Shown here in pieces: positions 12,106 through 24,386 of a stretch of DNA of 35,110 bases. The number at the start of each line of letters is the position of its first letter. Within the stretch, counting starts at the first letter, position 1. Where the stretch lies: the NCBI RefSeq assembly GCF_001194135.2, contig NC_068999.1:35877492-35912601 (forward strand), read 5' to 3'. The position numbers and the translations under genes were made by a program. The notes under the pieces were generated by a model. The model did not search any database, was not told the DNA's origin, and was given only the letters and a program-made list of their open reading frames with translations. This DNA is from Octopus bimaculoides. Taxonomy: Eukaryota.

Positions 12106-13774
12106 AGGAATGAAACAAGGAAATACTTTATAAGAATATTCATAAATATAAACAAAAAAGGAAGTATTTGGCTGGATTTGAGTATAACTGCTCTTTTAAT
12201 GGGAACTGCGTTTTCATGCTAGAATTGAACAAGATATCTCAATCAAATTTCTACGTCAGAATGATAACAAATGAATTTCAAGACGAGATACTGACCACTC
12301 AGATATTTGTTAATAGCAAATTCTCGACTGGTCTTTCAAGTTAATTTTGAAGAGTGAAGGAAATTTTTGACACTGACTTTCGCGTAACGAAGACTATTAT
12401 TGTTCTTGAACTTAGTTACGATAAGAAAAGAAATAAGCATACTTGTTATCTTTACTTAATAGAAAAGATTTTAGTTTTACCACAGAATGGGGAAAACCTT
12501 GAATTCAAGAAATGATATTGTTTGCCTAAACTGAAGCATCTACTAAGTACTTTTCAACAAACACATCTGCCATAGAAAATTTGTGACGATAAGTTTTGTG
12601 ACATTATTACATAATATATTTTCAAGTTCGTTTTCGTTTTTTCGCGTTCTTTAGAAATCTTCTGTTTGTCGCATTTCAGACTATTTATTATATATGTCTT
12701 TGAGAATGAAAAGCAAGTTCTGAACGCATTTTGAATTTTAAGCATATTTTTTACAATTTACTTTATTATTCTTTTACTTTTAGTCACCACGTTCCTTTCT
12801 TTAATATTTTCTATTCTTTGAACGTCAATGGAGCTTTGTGAATGATCTAAGATATCTGTAAATATTATTATTCTATTTTACTATCATTTATTTATTTCCT
12901 GTTTATTCATTTTGGTTAGTTAGCTGGAATTATCATTTCATATGCATCCAATCAAACATATTTTTACACGACCTTTTTTCTTTTCACGCAACCAAATGCA
13001 TCCAATCAAATGCTCACTGTATATTCTCCTTATTTGAATATTCTTCTTAATGATTTCCTGCTTCAATCCTTATATTTCGTTCGAAAACGGGAAATATGAA
13101 ATACAGTCATAAAATTTGAAGTGTCGATGACATTCTTTTTCCTTCTTTTACGCGCCTAATTTTTTCTATCCTAGTCATTATACACGCACACATATAAACA
13201 TGTATATGATAAAAAAATAAACATAGGACAAAATTAGCGCCGACATCTACCCCTCGTCGATTGTTGAGCAAATATCATTACGATTTGTACACCTTCCAAC
13301 ATGTATGCGAATGCGTGTGTGGTTTTATGTGTATGTCCGCGTGCGTGTGTGTATTCGGGTGCGTGACTGTGTGCGAGGGATAAGGAGAAAGACTCGTGGA
13401 CTGGATGATAATACACAGACGGATCAAAAATATAAGTGAGGGAAACGAAGAAATTATGGAAGGAAGGAAGGAAGAAGTAACATGTACGTATTTGCTTTTG
13501 ATTTACTGATAACGGACATGAATAATATGAACACTAACAGCAAAACCAGCAACAATAACACCACCAACAACAACGATATCATCAACACAACCACCAATAA
13601 TAGCTGTATCAACAACTATGGCACCAACAGCAATAACACGACTGCAAATAACAACGCCACCGCCAACAACAGGAAAAAGGGACCAGTAAACCGATAACAG
13701 TTATTTATGAAAAAAGCATTGTACGATTAAAAGTTTCACACAGAAGATTGCAGCTGTAATTATTAGCTTCAGAT

Positions 13775-13981
13775 TTTAGCACAAGGCCTGCAACTTCGGT
13801 GGACGGGATAAGTCGAATACATCCATCCGAGCGCCCGAGTGGTACTTATTTTAACATTTCTCGAAATGATGAAAGGTTAATTCGACCTCAGCGTAATTTG
13901 AACCCGGAGCACGAAGACAGACGAAATGCTGCTCATCATTTTGCTCAGGATGATAAAGACTCTACCATCTCGCTGCCTTAA
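13775..13981 (-). mobile_element. SINE family D copy
   Basis: Reverse complement shares AAGGC.GCGAG.TGG.AGA, TTCAAATT, GAGGTCGA.TT..CCTTTCATC, AAATAAGTACCA and GGCCTTGTGC blocks with the copies at 15764, 19976, 25171 and 26045. Confidence 0.72.
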
Positions 13982-14397
13982 GTTTCGGTTATAATGAATA
14001 ACATTGGAAAGATTTAATCAGCAATTATATTGAGTAGTCACAAATTAGGCTATTACTGTCCTGGATGGATGAACTCATTTGCATATTTGCCAGCAGACTC
14101 ACACATTCTTCCGCACTTCAAGGGTCGAAAAAAAATGTATTTAGCTTATATTGAAGCTTTTTCAAGCTAAAATGACTTCTTGTATCTTCCATAATATGCA
14201 CACACACACTACATGCACACAGACACATGCACGCACATACATGCACACATACACACTTGCACACATTAAGGATTTACTACACATATTGAGGCTTTCTTTT
14301 GTGTTAGCAGTGCGATATTCTCGCTTTTAAGTTTGCCTCGATAAACATTCAATAAAATTCAGAGCCAACACTGAAAGTGACGACGTCTCCTCAATGA

Positions 14398-14876
14398 ATA
14401 CGTCTACGTAAAAAATAGAAGATAAAAAGCATAGGTAATGGTTGTATATGTATAATTCAAAAGTTATTGCTCTTTCATCACCACTACATCCAAACTATCA
14501 ATTGAATGCGTTGCTTAAATAATAAGTAAGCTTAGCGGTGTAACACATTTGGATAGACTAATTTACATATTAAAGACCATCCTTGGCAACTGGTACATAC
14601 AGATTAATTGCTGGCAAGGACACAGTATTTCGTTTTGCAACCATAATATTCTTCCGAATATATTGATATTTTACAAATCAATATTGTGTCTTACTTTTGT
14701 GTTAGTAGTGCGATATTCGCACTTTCACGTTTATTTCAATTGATTTTCTATAGAACTGGAAGCCAACAATACATATGTCAGAATTTGGTGATGATGAAAG
14801 AGCAATAACTCTTGAAATATGCATACAAACCCATTACCTTTTTTTATCTTAGATCACATTGTTTACATAGACGTAT
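14398..14876. repeat. Degenerate inverted repeat (about 85-bp arms, about 300-bp spacer)
   Basis: 14398-14483 (ATACGTCTA...AAGATAAAAA...GGTAATGG...TTCAAAAGTTATTGCTCTTTCATCACCA) versus 14786-14876 (TGGTGATGATGAAAGAGCAATAACTCTTGAA...CCATTACC TTTTTATCTT...TAGACGTAT). Confidence 0.72.
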
Positions 14877-15763
14877 ATTTTACATATACGAAACATCGTA
14901 ACTAGCAATGCTGCTTCTGATTTCTATAGAAAATACTGAGATAAAATTAAAAGTGACATATATACACACACATATATGATAATCGTGAAATGAACTCCGA
15001 TAACATCCACCCGCTACGATTTTAATATAAATGATGATTATGTAGCAATTAATAATTCAGGTAGCTGTATTAAATATCGCCTGTGCAACTGTAGTGTTTT
15101 AACTAATAATAACGGCCCTGTTGATTCACACTGAATAATAAGAGTAACTCTACTAGTTCTAACAATAATTATCACTCTCTGCAGTCACTTAATAACACTG
15201 AAAGTATTAATGTTCATAAGTCTCCTAAATAATGTAATCGTTCAAACAAACTTTTATGACCTTTCAACAATTTATGCACCACTAAAAATATTGTCTAAAG
15301 ATGTCATGTAATAACTAATCTAACTACCTTTTCCTATATCGGTTCAACTTCTCGTTATTTTAACCAAAACATGCATACTCATTTTTATACTTTTAATAAA
15401 CGCAATAAGGCTAAGATTACATCACTCACGGAAAATATGGGGAATCAAAAAAAAAAAGAAGAAAAAGAAAAATTAGATTCCAAATTACTTGGAGCATAAT
15501 AATATATTCATTACCCTTGGTTCTGGTGATATTTAATGCGCTTAGTTATGGGAAATACTTAAATGTTCAAATAATACCTTTAACAAATCTAGTGAACCTA
15601 GAGTAAAAATAATTGCCTTGCATTAGGAAGGCCTTTTCATACTTTAAACCTGTTATCTAATATGGTTCGAATACTTACTACTTATCTATCACTTTGTGGC
15701 TTCTGATTAACCATATTTTATAACGTATTTAAGTATACACGGCTCATTCAAATATTATTTATA

Positions 15764-15897
15764 GCTGAAGTCGACTTTGCCTTTCATCCTTTCAGAGTCG
15801 ATAAATTAAGTACCAGTTGCATAGTGGGGTCGAACTAATCGATTGGCCCCCTCCCCCAAAAGGTTTTGGGCTTTGTACCTACAGTAGAAAAGGGTAT
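15764..15897 (+). mobile_element. SINE family D, 3' part
   Basis: GTCGACTTTGCCTTTCATCCTTTCAGAGTCGATAAATTAAGTACCAGTTG...GGCCCCCTCCCCCAAAA; homologous to 19976 and to the reverse complement of 26045. Confidence 0.78.
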
Positions 15898-16267
15898 TTT
15901 ATGTCAAACCAACGCTACAACATATCTATGATTCTTGTATGTATTCAGCGTCAAAATTAGCTATGAACTAATTTACATAAGTGAATTTAAATACTATGGT
16001 CGTTTCATCACTACTCCTTACATGCCCTTTCAAGCCACACCTGCTAATATTTCTACCAATTAATATGTTCCTTTATAAAGAAACACTAATCCAATGACGT
16101 TTGATTAATCTGGGTTGATGTATGAATTCTCACATGTTTGAAATATTACATGCCGAAAATTTTAGTACAAGATGATGAGCGATATGTTATGATGTAATCT
16201 ATGAATACATCAGTAAAATTCTAACGAAGCAGCTGTCGTAGATTTTAAACGCCAATTGTGTTTTCGG

Positions 16268-16320
<53 letters not shown>

Positions 16321-16859
16321 CATATATGCATGCGCACATATATGTGCATGCATATACATACATAGATACACACACAGGGAGAAGTACACGCATATCCGTC
16401 TGCATGAATGTATAATATTTCTGCAGGAATAAAATGCATGCAAAGTATGCATGAGATATAACATGATTGCATGCATGGCATCAGGTTCTATATATAATTT
16501 TTTCCTTTTTTATGAAAGAGAGATGGGAAAAGTGCAGGCGCATAATATGATATATAACATTCTATGCATACATTGTTTCGATTTTTAACATGGCATGCGC
16601 TTGTTTAGGCGCTTGCAGGCATCACTGATGTGCATGTGTTTGCATGTTTACTCTTCTATATGTATATACGTATAGGTGTATACACACATACAGCTATAAA
16701 CTAACTATATATCGATATATATGTGTGTGTATATGTGTGTGCACGCGAGTGTGTGCGTATAAGGATATATATATATATATATATGTGTGTGTATGTATGT
16801 ATTGTACATAGATACATACACAAAACACAGTCTCACACACAACGCGCATGCGTGCATAT

Positions 16860-16913
<54 letters not shown>

Positions 16914-17009
16914 GGGAAGGAGTAAGGAGTACCAGCACAGAACCGTTATAAATATATAGCTATGCCGAAGTAGTACGTTTAATAGACATATATTTAATTT
17001 CTCGGCAAA

Positions 17010-17141
17010 AATATAGGAAGCAGATAAAGCTTTTCCTCTTCTGAGGCTCGGGAAAATAAGTAGCTGTTAAGTACTGAAGTCGATGCAATCGTCCTATCCC
17101 AGCTACAAATACTGCGGGCCTCGTGCCAAAATTTGAAATAT
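17010..17141 (+). mobile_element. SINE family D, degenerate 3' part
   Basis: AAAATAAGTA.C.GTT.AGTACTG.AGTCGATGCAATCG...GGGCCTCGTGCCAAAATTTGAAA resembles the family D tail. Confidence 0.55.
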
Positions 17142-17251
17142 TCATTTCTAATTCATATTACTTTCTTTGGATGCTAACAAACCTTACATGTACCTGACAT
17201 GAAGGAGTTTCTTTAACTTAAGGATTAGTAATTATACTCTGTTTGTGGTGT

Positions 17252-17305
<54 letters not shown>

Positions 17306-18150
17306 CTTGTGTGTGCGTCGAACGCGCACGCGTAGAGAGTGTGTGTGTGTGCGTGCGTGTGTCCGTTCGCGCGTGTGTGTGTATAATAGTAACAAGTGAA
17401 TTAATCTCAAGAGTAGATCATATCTCGAATTCCGACTCTGCTCAACCGGAGTTTACTACCTGTTTACGGTAATTTTTATAGAGTTATTTAAATTCGATTC
17501 CTCTAAAGGAATTTAAATAAGGCGTGATATTTAGCTTGTCCTCAAGTGTCTCCCTGACTAAATAAGATATATCTCTCTCGACTGGAATTTGAACCGTGCT
17601 CTATTGTTTTCTTCAGATACATTCGGTACCAGTTCCTTTTCATTAAAGATATATTACCAAATTTTAGGAATGAAGAATTAACTGTTCTCACTTCATCTAA
17701 AGCAGTGGTAAAGATAATATATTACTTCTTTTTAGCATAAATGCATTTGAGAGGAACTAGTTTAATTCAGTGAATCTAAGACGAGAATTACTTGTACTTA
17801 TTTCATCAACCATGGATATCAGAAGGAAGCAAAGGTGATTATGGTAAAGATGTGATTCTCAATCAAGTCTGATCTAGAACTAAGCGAAAACGACAAAAGT
17901 AATACATTACAAGAAGGTCTTGTCCATTTGTATTCGAGATCTTTGCATGTAATGGTGATACGGATTTGAGTTAGACCGATTGTCCATTGGTTTGTTTGAG
18001 ATTTTATATCTTTTAGACGTTCGCGCCTTGGAAACACTGTGATATGGACGTAATAAAAATGACTGGCTGATGCCGAAGAGTTCAGCTTTGCATTATCCAA
18101 GTTGTCGAATTACGTTTACAAGTGGATACTTGTTTTAAAGTCACAAAATA

Positions 18151-19599
18151 CACTGAACCGCAAAAGAAACGCGAGACGTGCGTGACTGTGAAATATGTTT
18201 TAATTCCAATGTCAGAGATAAATTTTGATAAATTTGATAAAGTCAATTTCTTGGATGCTCTTTGACTACACGCTATGGGTCAGTCATGTTTTCTGGTTGT
18301 GGGTGGATTCAGCACATCGAGATAGGGCGTGACATGTTCAATACCGTGTACGCCCTTCCAGGCTGTTCAAAATGGACATACACTGTCGGTACATGAAGTT
18401 CATGAGGCGGTTCACAAAAGCCCACACCCTGAGAAAACTACCTCCAGTTCCACACGAGTTGTCGGTCTTGGGACCACCCAGTTCAGCCGTCTCTGGGTTT
18501 CATCCCACAGGTGTTCAATTAGATCCAAATACGGGCTGAGAGTCGGCCACGGCATGGCTCTGATGTTGTGCTGACGCAGGAAGTCCATGGTGACCCTGGC
18601 CGTGTGGGAGGGAGCATTGCCTTGCTGGAACACGTGGCTATGGTTATGCGTGAAGGGCACGATATGAGGTCTTAAAATCTGGTCACCGTAGCGATGCATT
18701 GTGATGCCATTCCCTCTGCTTGCACCAGCATTTTAGAACACATGGGGGCCTAGTTCTGTGATTCAGGCCTATAGCACCCCAAACTATGATGCTTTGGCTA
18801 CCCCACGCATCTGTCTCCATGACACATGCGTCTCTGTAGCGTTCACCCCTCCCACACCACATCTTCACTCTGCCATCCGAAGTGGAAACACAGTACCTCC
18901 ATTATTGATGCCGCCAATGTCGGTGCTGTGTAGCCCATTGTGGTTGTGCTTGACGGTGGCGGGCAGTGAGGACAGGCCCTTGAGCAGGACGACGGCAATG
19001 CAGGTTGTTGGCAGCCAGTCGACGCCGTACCATGTCGCCGCTGATGGGTCGCTGTCCAGTGCCAATGGTTTCGCGAGCTGTCACGCTGGCTGGTCTGAAG
19101 CGATCACGGAGGTGTTGCAGGTGGATGAAGCGGTTCTGCCTGGGCGTGGTCAACAGGAGGTGACTTCTGCGAGCACAGGCTGCAGTGCTGTTAGTGGTGT
19201 TGTATCGCTGTTGCAGGCGATAGATGATGCTGACATGGACATTGTAAGCTTACGCAACAACCAGGGCACACTGCCCTGCTTGCAATCGGCCGATAGCTTG
19301 TTCTCTCTGCGCTGCTGACAATCGGGTCATACCTGATGCCTCCAAATTACGAATGCCAGGAATGCGGTTTAAGTTGACTTTAATACGCATAACGTACATT
19401 TTGATTTTCATGACAATAGGTTGCGACTGCTACTCACAATGTTTTGGCGTCTCGATTCAGGGAAAGTTGAAAGGTTACCTGAAATTTGGGGTTTCAGCCA
19501 TAAACCATCATGTCTTGGAATATTTAGACTTACATCCCTGAAATAAATTTCCAGAATTTACCATATAAAAATGACATTTGAAGAAATCGCGTTTCAGTG
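18151..19599 (-). mobile_element. Tc1-like DNA transposon, near full length, decayed
   Basis: TA-flanked on both sides (18149-18150 and 19600-19601). Left TIR CACTGAACCGCAAAAGAAACGCGA; the right TIR is the same with an 11-bp deletion (CACTGAAACGCGA on the reverse strand). Contains a transposase pseudogene. Confidence 0.9.
18338..19330 (-). pseudogene. Tc1-family transposase pseudogene
   Basis: MTRLSAAQREQAIGRLQAG... HTH region; ...TVRRRL-like DMVRRRLAANNLHCRRP; VWGAIG; FQQGNAPSHTAR; WPTLSPYLDLIEHLWDE; C-terminus ...LEGRTRY-stop. Several stops and frameshifts. Confidence 0.9.
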
Positions 19600-19649
19600 T
19601 ATAACTCTTTGGCCCGACAGCCTATTTCAATAGAAAGACAAATACATAC

Positions 19650-19863
19650 TCTCTGTGACGCCTATAACGTGGTCTTCGGTGCCATATCTTTGAATAGGAT
19701 CTGTGTAAGCGACAGTAGCATGTTCCAAGGATGATAAGAACAAATACCAAAGCTCCTCCTAGCGTTCCACCGAGGATGTAAATACTGTGAATGTGGTGGG
19801 CCCGTGTGCTGTCTCTGAATGAATACGGATGATTCTCCATTGGTTGTGGAGCAAAGAGGTCGA
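19650..19863 (-). CDS. Coding exon: juxtamembrane stalk, transmembrane helix and basic cytoplasmic start of the same protein
   Basis: Acceptor cgttttttctttcatttcAG|TC, donor AGAGA|GTATGT, 214 nt, phase 1 to phase 2; joins in frame to the EGF exon across an 8484-bp intron. Translation (V)DLFAPQPMENHPYSFRDSTRAHHIHSIYILGGTLGGALVFVLIILGTCYCRLHRSYSKIWHRRPRYRRHR. The segment HSIYILGGTLGGALVFVLIILGTCYCRL resembles the vertebrate DNER TM region as I recall it (HSLYIIIGALCVAFILMLIILIVGICRI); not verified by search. Confidence 0.9.
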
Positions 19864-19975
19864 CTGAAATGAAAGAAAAAACGATATAAAATGATGACAT
19901 TAACAAATGCATACGTCGCTTGACTGGAAAAACAACCAATAATTAAAAATTGATTATTATGAAACTATAATTATG

Positions 19976-20126
19976 TCGCAGAGGCTGACTTTGCCTTTCA
20001 TCCTTTCGGGGTCGATTAAATAAGTACCAGTTACACACTGGTGTCCATGTAATTGACTTAATCCTTTTGTCTGTCCTTGTTTGTCCCTTCTATGCTTAGC
20101 CCCTAGTGGGCAATAGAGATAAATAT
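19976..20126 (+). mobile_element. SINE family D variant with a different tail
   Basis: GACTTTGCCTTTCATCCTTTCGGGGTCGATTAAATAAGTACCAGTTAC shared with family D; the tail TCC...TGTCTGTCCTTGTTTGTCCC...AGCCCCTAGTGGGCAATA differs. Confidence 0.7.
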
Positions 20127-20871
20127 TTTGTATCAAAGATGTGAGCTGAAGCTTCCCACTCACTCACTATTCCCCTCTCGTTCGCTTTCTTTGTCTCTAT
20201 CTATCTATCTATCTATCAATCTATCTATCTGTCTGTCTATCTATCTGTCTATCTATCTGTCTATCTATCTATCTATATATATATATATATATATCTGTCT
20301 GCCTATCTGCCTGCGTGTATGTCTGTCTGTTTGTCTGTTTTTCTTTGTATCTATTTATCCTTGTATCACTATCACTATTTCATTAAATGACAAATGTGGC
20401 GATTTCAGCAGAAAGTTAATAAAGAAACGTGTGCATATCGTACTACCACTGCAGCTTACTTTATACGTAAACTATACTACATCATCCTACCAATTTAACC
20501 GGTTACATCGCGCTACGGCTGTTACTTTCATTACGTCTCACACCATCTATTTGAAATGGTTGCATGGTACCATTTCTGTGACATACCTTAAACTGTGGCC
20601 ACTGCTGCCTCATGCTATTTGCACTACAGAGATTAAAGACTGATACCACTCATACCTATTTGTACTACACCAGTTATGAAGTACTACTGCAAATAAAGCG
20701 CTGGTCATAGCAAGTAGTCTCGTCTTTGAACAGTACTTCATCAATAATTCCTTTCATCGTCATCTATCTGCTCACGTTTTGAAGGCTAAATATTCAAATA
20801 GAAAATCCAATCTAATGATACCATGCATAACCAAATTTACACAATGGACATACTGTTTACAAGTACTCAGA

Positions 20872-21193
20872 GTATGGCTCAGTGGTTAGAGCGTCGGACT
20901 CACAATCATGAGGTAGTGAGTTCGATTCCCGGACCGGGCTGTTGTGTTCTTGAGCAAGACACGTTATTTCACGTTGCTTCATCTATAGAAATGAGATGCA
21001 ACGTCACTGATGCCAAGCTGTATTGGCCTTTGCATTTCCCTTGGATAATATCAGTGGCATGGAGAGGGAAGTCTGGTATGCATGGGTGACTGCTGATCTT
21101 CGATAAATAACCTTGCCCAGACCTGTTCCCTGCAGGGTAAATTTTGAGTGCAATTCCATGATCATACATGACCGAAGGAGGTTTTTACCCTTT
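20872..21193 (+). mobile_element. tRNA-derived SINE (family B head)
   Basis: A box TGGCTCAGTGG and B box GTTCGATTCC, followed by GTGTTCTTGAGCAAGACAC.TTATTTCACGTT, which is shared with the copy at 27713. No tRNA 3' acceptor strand. Confidence 0.8.
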
Positions 21194-21782
21194 ACATATT
21201 ACTTCCCTGTACAGATAATATAATACTGCTAATTTGTCATTTATCACTTTTCAAGTGTGCTGCCTCAAGTGACATGTACACAACAGTCATATAATCTTAA
21301 AGCTGTAACATGGATTATTTTTAAACATGGTATTTGCACTTAACTGTACTGTACGTTAAAATGTTTAACATGTGGTTCCATTTTAAGCGCAGATAAATTC
21401 CTATCAAGAGACTTATGCCCAAAGACGTTCCTGCTTTGAGAATGCCGCCATATTGATCATGTAGATATGGCGATCAAACACCCTTCTGAATAGAAAAAAG
21501 TGGTGAGCTTATCGTGAGAGGCATTCAAACGTTGTATCAAAGAAATCCTTTGAATTCCTTAATCCCTTGTAGAAACTTTATTTCTACCAGCGAGAGTTAT
21601 ATCGCGTTCCCCCGAAAGTTCATAAATTATTACGACGTCAACAAGACATACATATATATACATGCATATATATATATATATATATANNNNNNNNNNNNNN
21701 NNNNNNNNNNNNNNNNNNNNNNNNNNNNNNNNNNNNNNNNNNNNNNNNNNNNNNNNNNNNNNNNNNNNNNNNNNAGAGAGAG

Positions 21783-21828
<46 letters not shown>

Positions 21829-22288
21829 ACGAGTGAGTGTATAAACGAAAGAAAGGCAATCAACCAACTTATTGGGAGTTACATGTATGGATCAAAACAG
21901 TCTAATTCAAATTCGTTGGTACTCTTGAGTACATGTACAGATGCACACGCTCGCATCAATATATACATGCATGCAAAACGATATGAGCGCGTCTACTCAC
22001 CCATATATATAGAGCTATATATTTACACATGCCACTCCTACTTATTTCCCGCCCCCTCAACAACCTGACCGATTTTTTAATTGCCACGTGGTCTATTTCC
22101 TGTCCTCCACGTGGTCAATTTCCTGTTCTCGATGCGGTATTTTCCAACATCAAACCACGACACCGCGTGACCTTCCTCGGCAAATCGCAGCCTACCTTAT
22201 GGTAATAAGAATCTACTTCTATCATTCAAATTCAATGCATCACGCCTGAAACTCAAGAGTAACAACGAATTTGAATCAAACTGTTTTG

Positions 22289-22322
<34 letters not shown>

Positions 22323-22336
22323 ATATCTATCTAAAA

Positions 22337-22703
22337 TCAAAATAAGCAACAAGGATATCCAGAGGTAATGCAACACGATCGTTTCATGCAACTCTATTTA
22401 AATGAACAATGTAATCATTACATCAATTTAAAATGCAGAGCAATCATCAGCTGCACAAAGACATAGAATTTAATTAAATTAGAACAACTATGTTCTTTGT
22501 CTATCTCCTTAACTTATTGGAAATTTTTTGGTATTATCATACTAATGTGTAAATCTGTTCTAATTTAATTAAATTCTGTCTTTGTGCAGCTGAGGATTGC
22601 TCTGCATTTTAAATTGATGTAATGATTACATTGTTCAATTAAATGAAGTTGCATGAAACGATCGGATTGCATTACCTCTGGATATCCTTGTTGCTTATTT
22701 TGA
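22337..22703. repeat. Long inverted repeat (about 150-bp arms, 69-bp spacer); fold-back/MITE-like
   Basis: 22337-22486 (TCAAAATAAGCAACAAGGATATCCAGAGGTAATGCAA...TTAGAACA) is the near reverse complement of 22556-22703, with a few substitutions and small indels. Confidence 0.92.
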
Positions 22704-23253
22704 GTGTTATTTAATGATAAGTTATCTAACTTTATGTTTCGCGTCGTAAACTATTGATGAGTTATAAACCGCCTCCTGGATAAACCGTTTGTCTAACAGA
22801 GCTGATATTTTCATATAACACCCCATATATTCTCGGAGCAACGCAGAACTAAGTGTTCTTTTGCCCTGCAATTGACGCAAAGGAAACGAATTCAAACTTG
22901 CCACTTATAGCTAGATATTCCAATAGCTTGATGGCCTCATCAACTCTACCCTACAATACTAACGTCAGGGCTGACAGGAAGACAGGCAAATAAGCGGATA
23001 GGGTAAATTGTAAATAGACGAATAGTAAATAGACGAATATATAATTCTAAACGACCATTTAAAATGGCTGGAATCGGAAATAATAACAAATAACAAGGAT
23101 ATATAATAGTAACGGCTAATAAAATATGAATGCTTAGAGGGGAGAAATAAATTATGTGGTGTAAAGTGAAATGTCGATTTTATCGGCCAACATGTATCTC
23201 CGCTGAGACATTGAAAGCAATAAATAATTATGTTTACTTTTATATTATTGTTG

Positions 23254-23262
23254 TTCTTATTA

Positions 23263-23321
<59 letters not shown>

Positions 23322-23535
23322 ATTATTAATATTTAATGGTAATACATATATTAATATAATAATAATTATTACTGTATTTATAAATATAACATGAGGATGA
23401 GGATAACGATGATCATCATCAACACTTTCAACTTCATCACTGTCATCATCATCGTCGTCGTCGTCGTCTTCATCATCATCATCATCATCGTCATCATCAT
23501 CATCCTCAACAACAACAACAACAACAACAACAACA
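23254..23535. repeat. (TAT)n followed by compound (CAT)/(CGT)/(CAA) microsatellite
   Basis: Direct read. Confidence 0.95.
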
Positions 23536-23876
23536 CCTCCATCTGCCTGGTTCTTATAATCAAAAATATTATTAGCGCTGATATCTGTCGACTGCTGGTT
23601 TTAGAAAAAGAAGCGACAATGAAAAGAATAATTAAAATGGAATTATTAAAAACACATAAATTGATATTTAAAATATTTTCGTGTTGTGAATGTTTCCTGA
23701 AACGGTAAATGAAATTAAATGTTTATTACTATGACAATAAAAACGATATATAACCAGATATCAATGATATGTAGAAGTCAATGTTGTATGGTGGTCTTGA
23801 ATATATGACTATCACTAGTGTTTTGTAATAAATAGCGCTCAACAGCCTAAGGTATGCAACACTCGATGGTATACAG

Positions 23877-24386
23877 CAGTGGTTCCCAAACTTTTTAGAG
23901 ACGCGATCCACTATTTATGACACCAGTTTATGGCGACCCACTTAACTCTACTGCGTTAGGGTTAGGGTTATATTAAATGTGAAACAAAACGTTTTACAAC
24001 TGTTTCAACGTCTCCATACCCTATGGGCAGGTATTAACTCTAATACAAAACCTCGAAGCAGTAAGCGAGTAAGCGTTATCGGCTCGATCTGTGTTGTACT
24101 GCGCCCAGTTAAAGTTCTCTATAAATAGGTAAAAACACACTTTTCCTTTTTACGATTACGGACGAATAAATAACTTGAGAAAATAACTTGAGAAAATGTT
24201 AAGTTCGTGAAAAAAGCCTAATGCTTGATAAGACAACCAGTCTGGTACTGAAAACATGAGCCTTGAACTATCGCGATAGACAGCAGTTAATCAAAGCTAA
24301 TGCGTAATTTTATAACTTTTTGTGACCCACTAGGATTCCGTTCGCGACCCATCAGTGGGTCGCGACTCATAGTTTGGGAACCACTG
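23877..24386. mobile_element. Non-autonomous hAT-type element (MITE), 510 bp
   Basis: Perfect 15-bp TIRs CAGTGGTTCCCAAAC / GTTTGGGAACCACTG; 8-bp TSD GTATACAG / GTATTCAG (7 of 8 match); repeated subterminal GCGACCCA motifs; no ORF. Confidence 0.88.

Noticed and set aside
18758-19318. 186-aa plus-strand ORF
   Set aside because: It is the antisense frame of the GC-rich Tc1 transposase pseudogene.
20872-20940. tRNA-like sequences at 20872, 27713, 32217 and 34777
   Set aside because: They have A/B boxes but no complete cloverleaf or acceptor stem, and they continue into shared SINE bodies; these are SINE heads, not tRNA genes.
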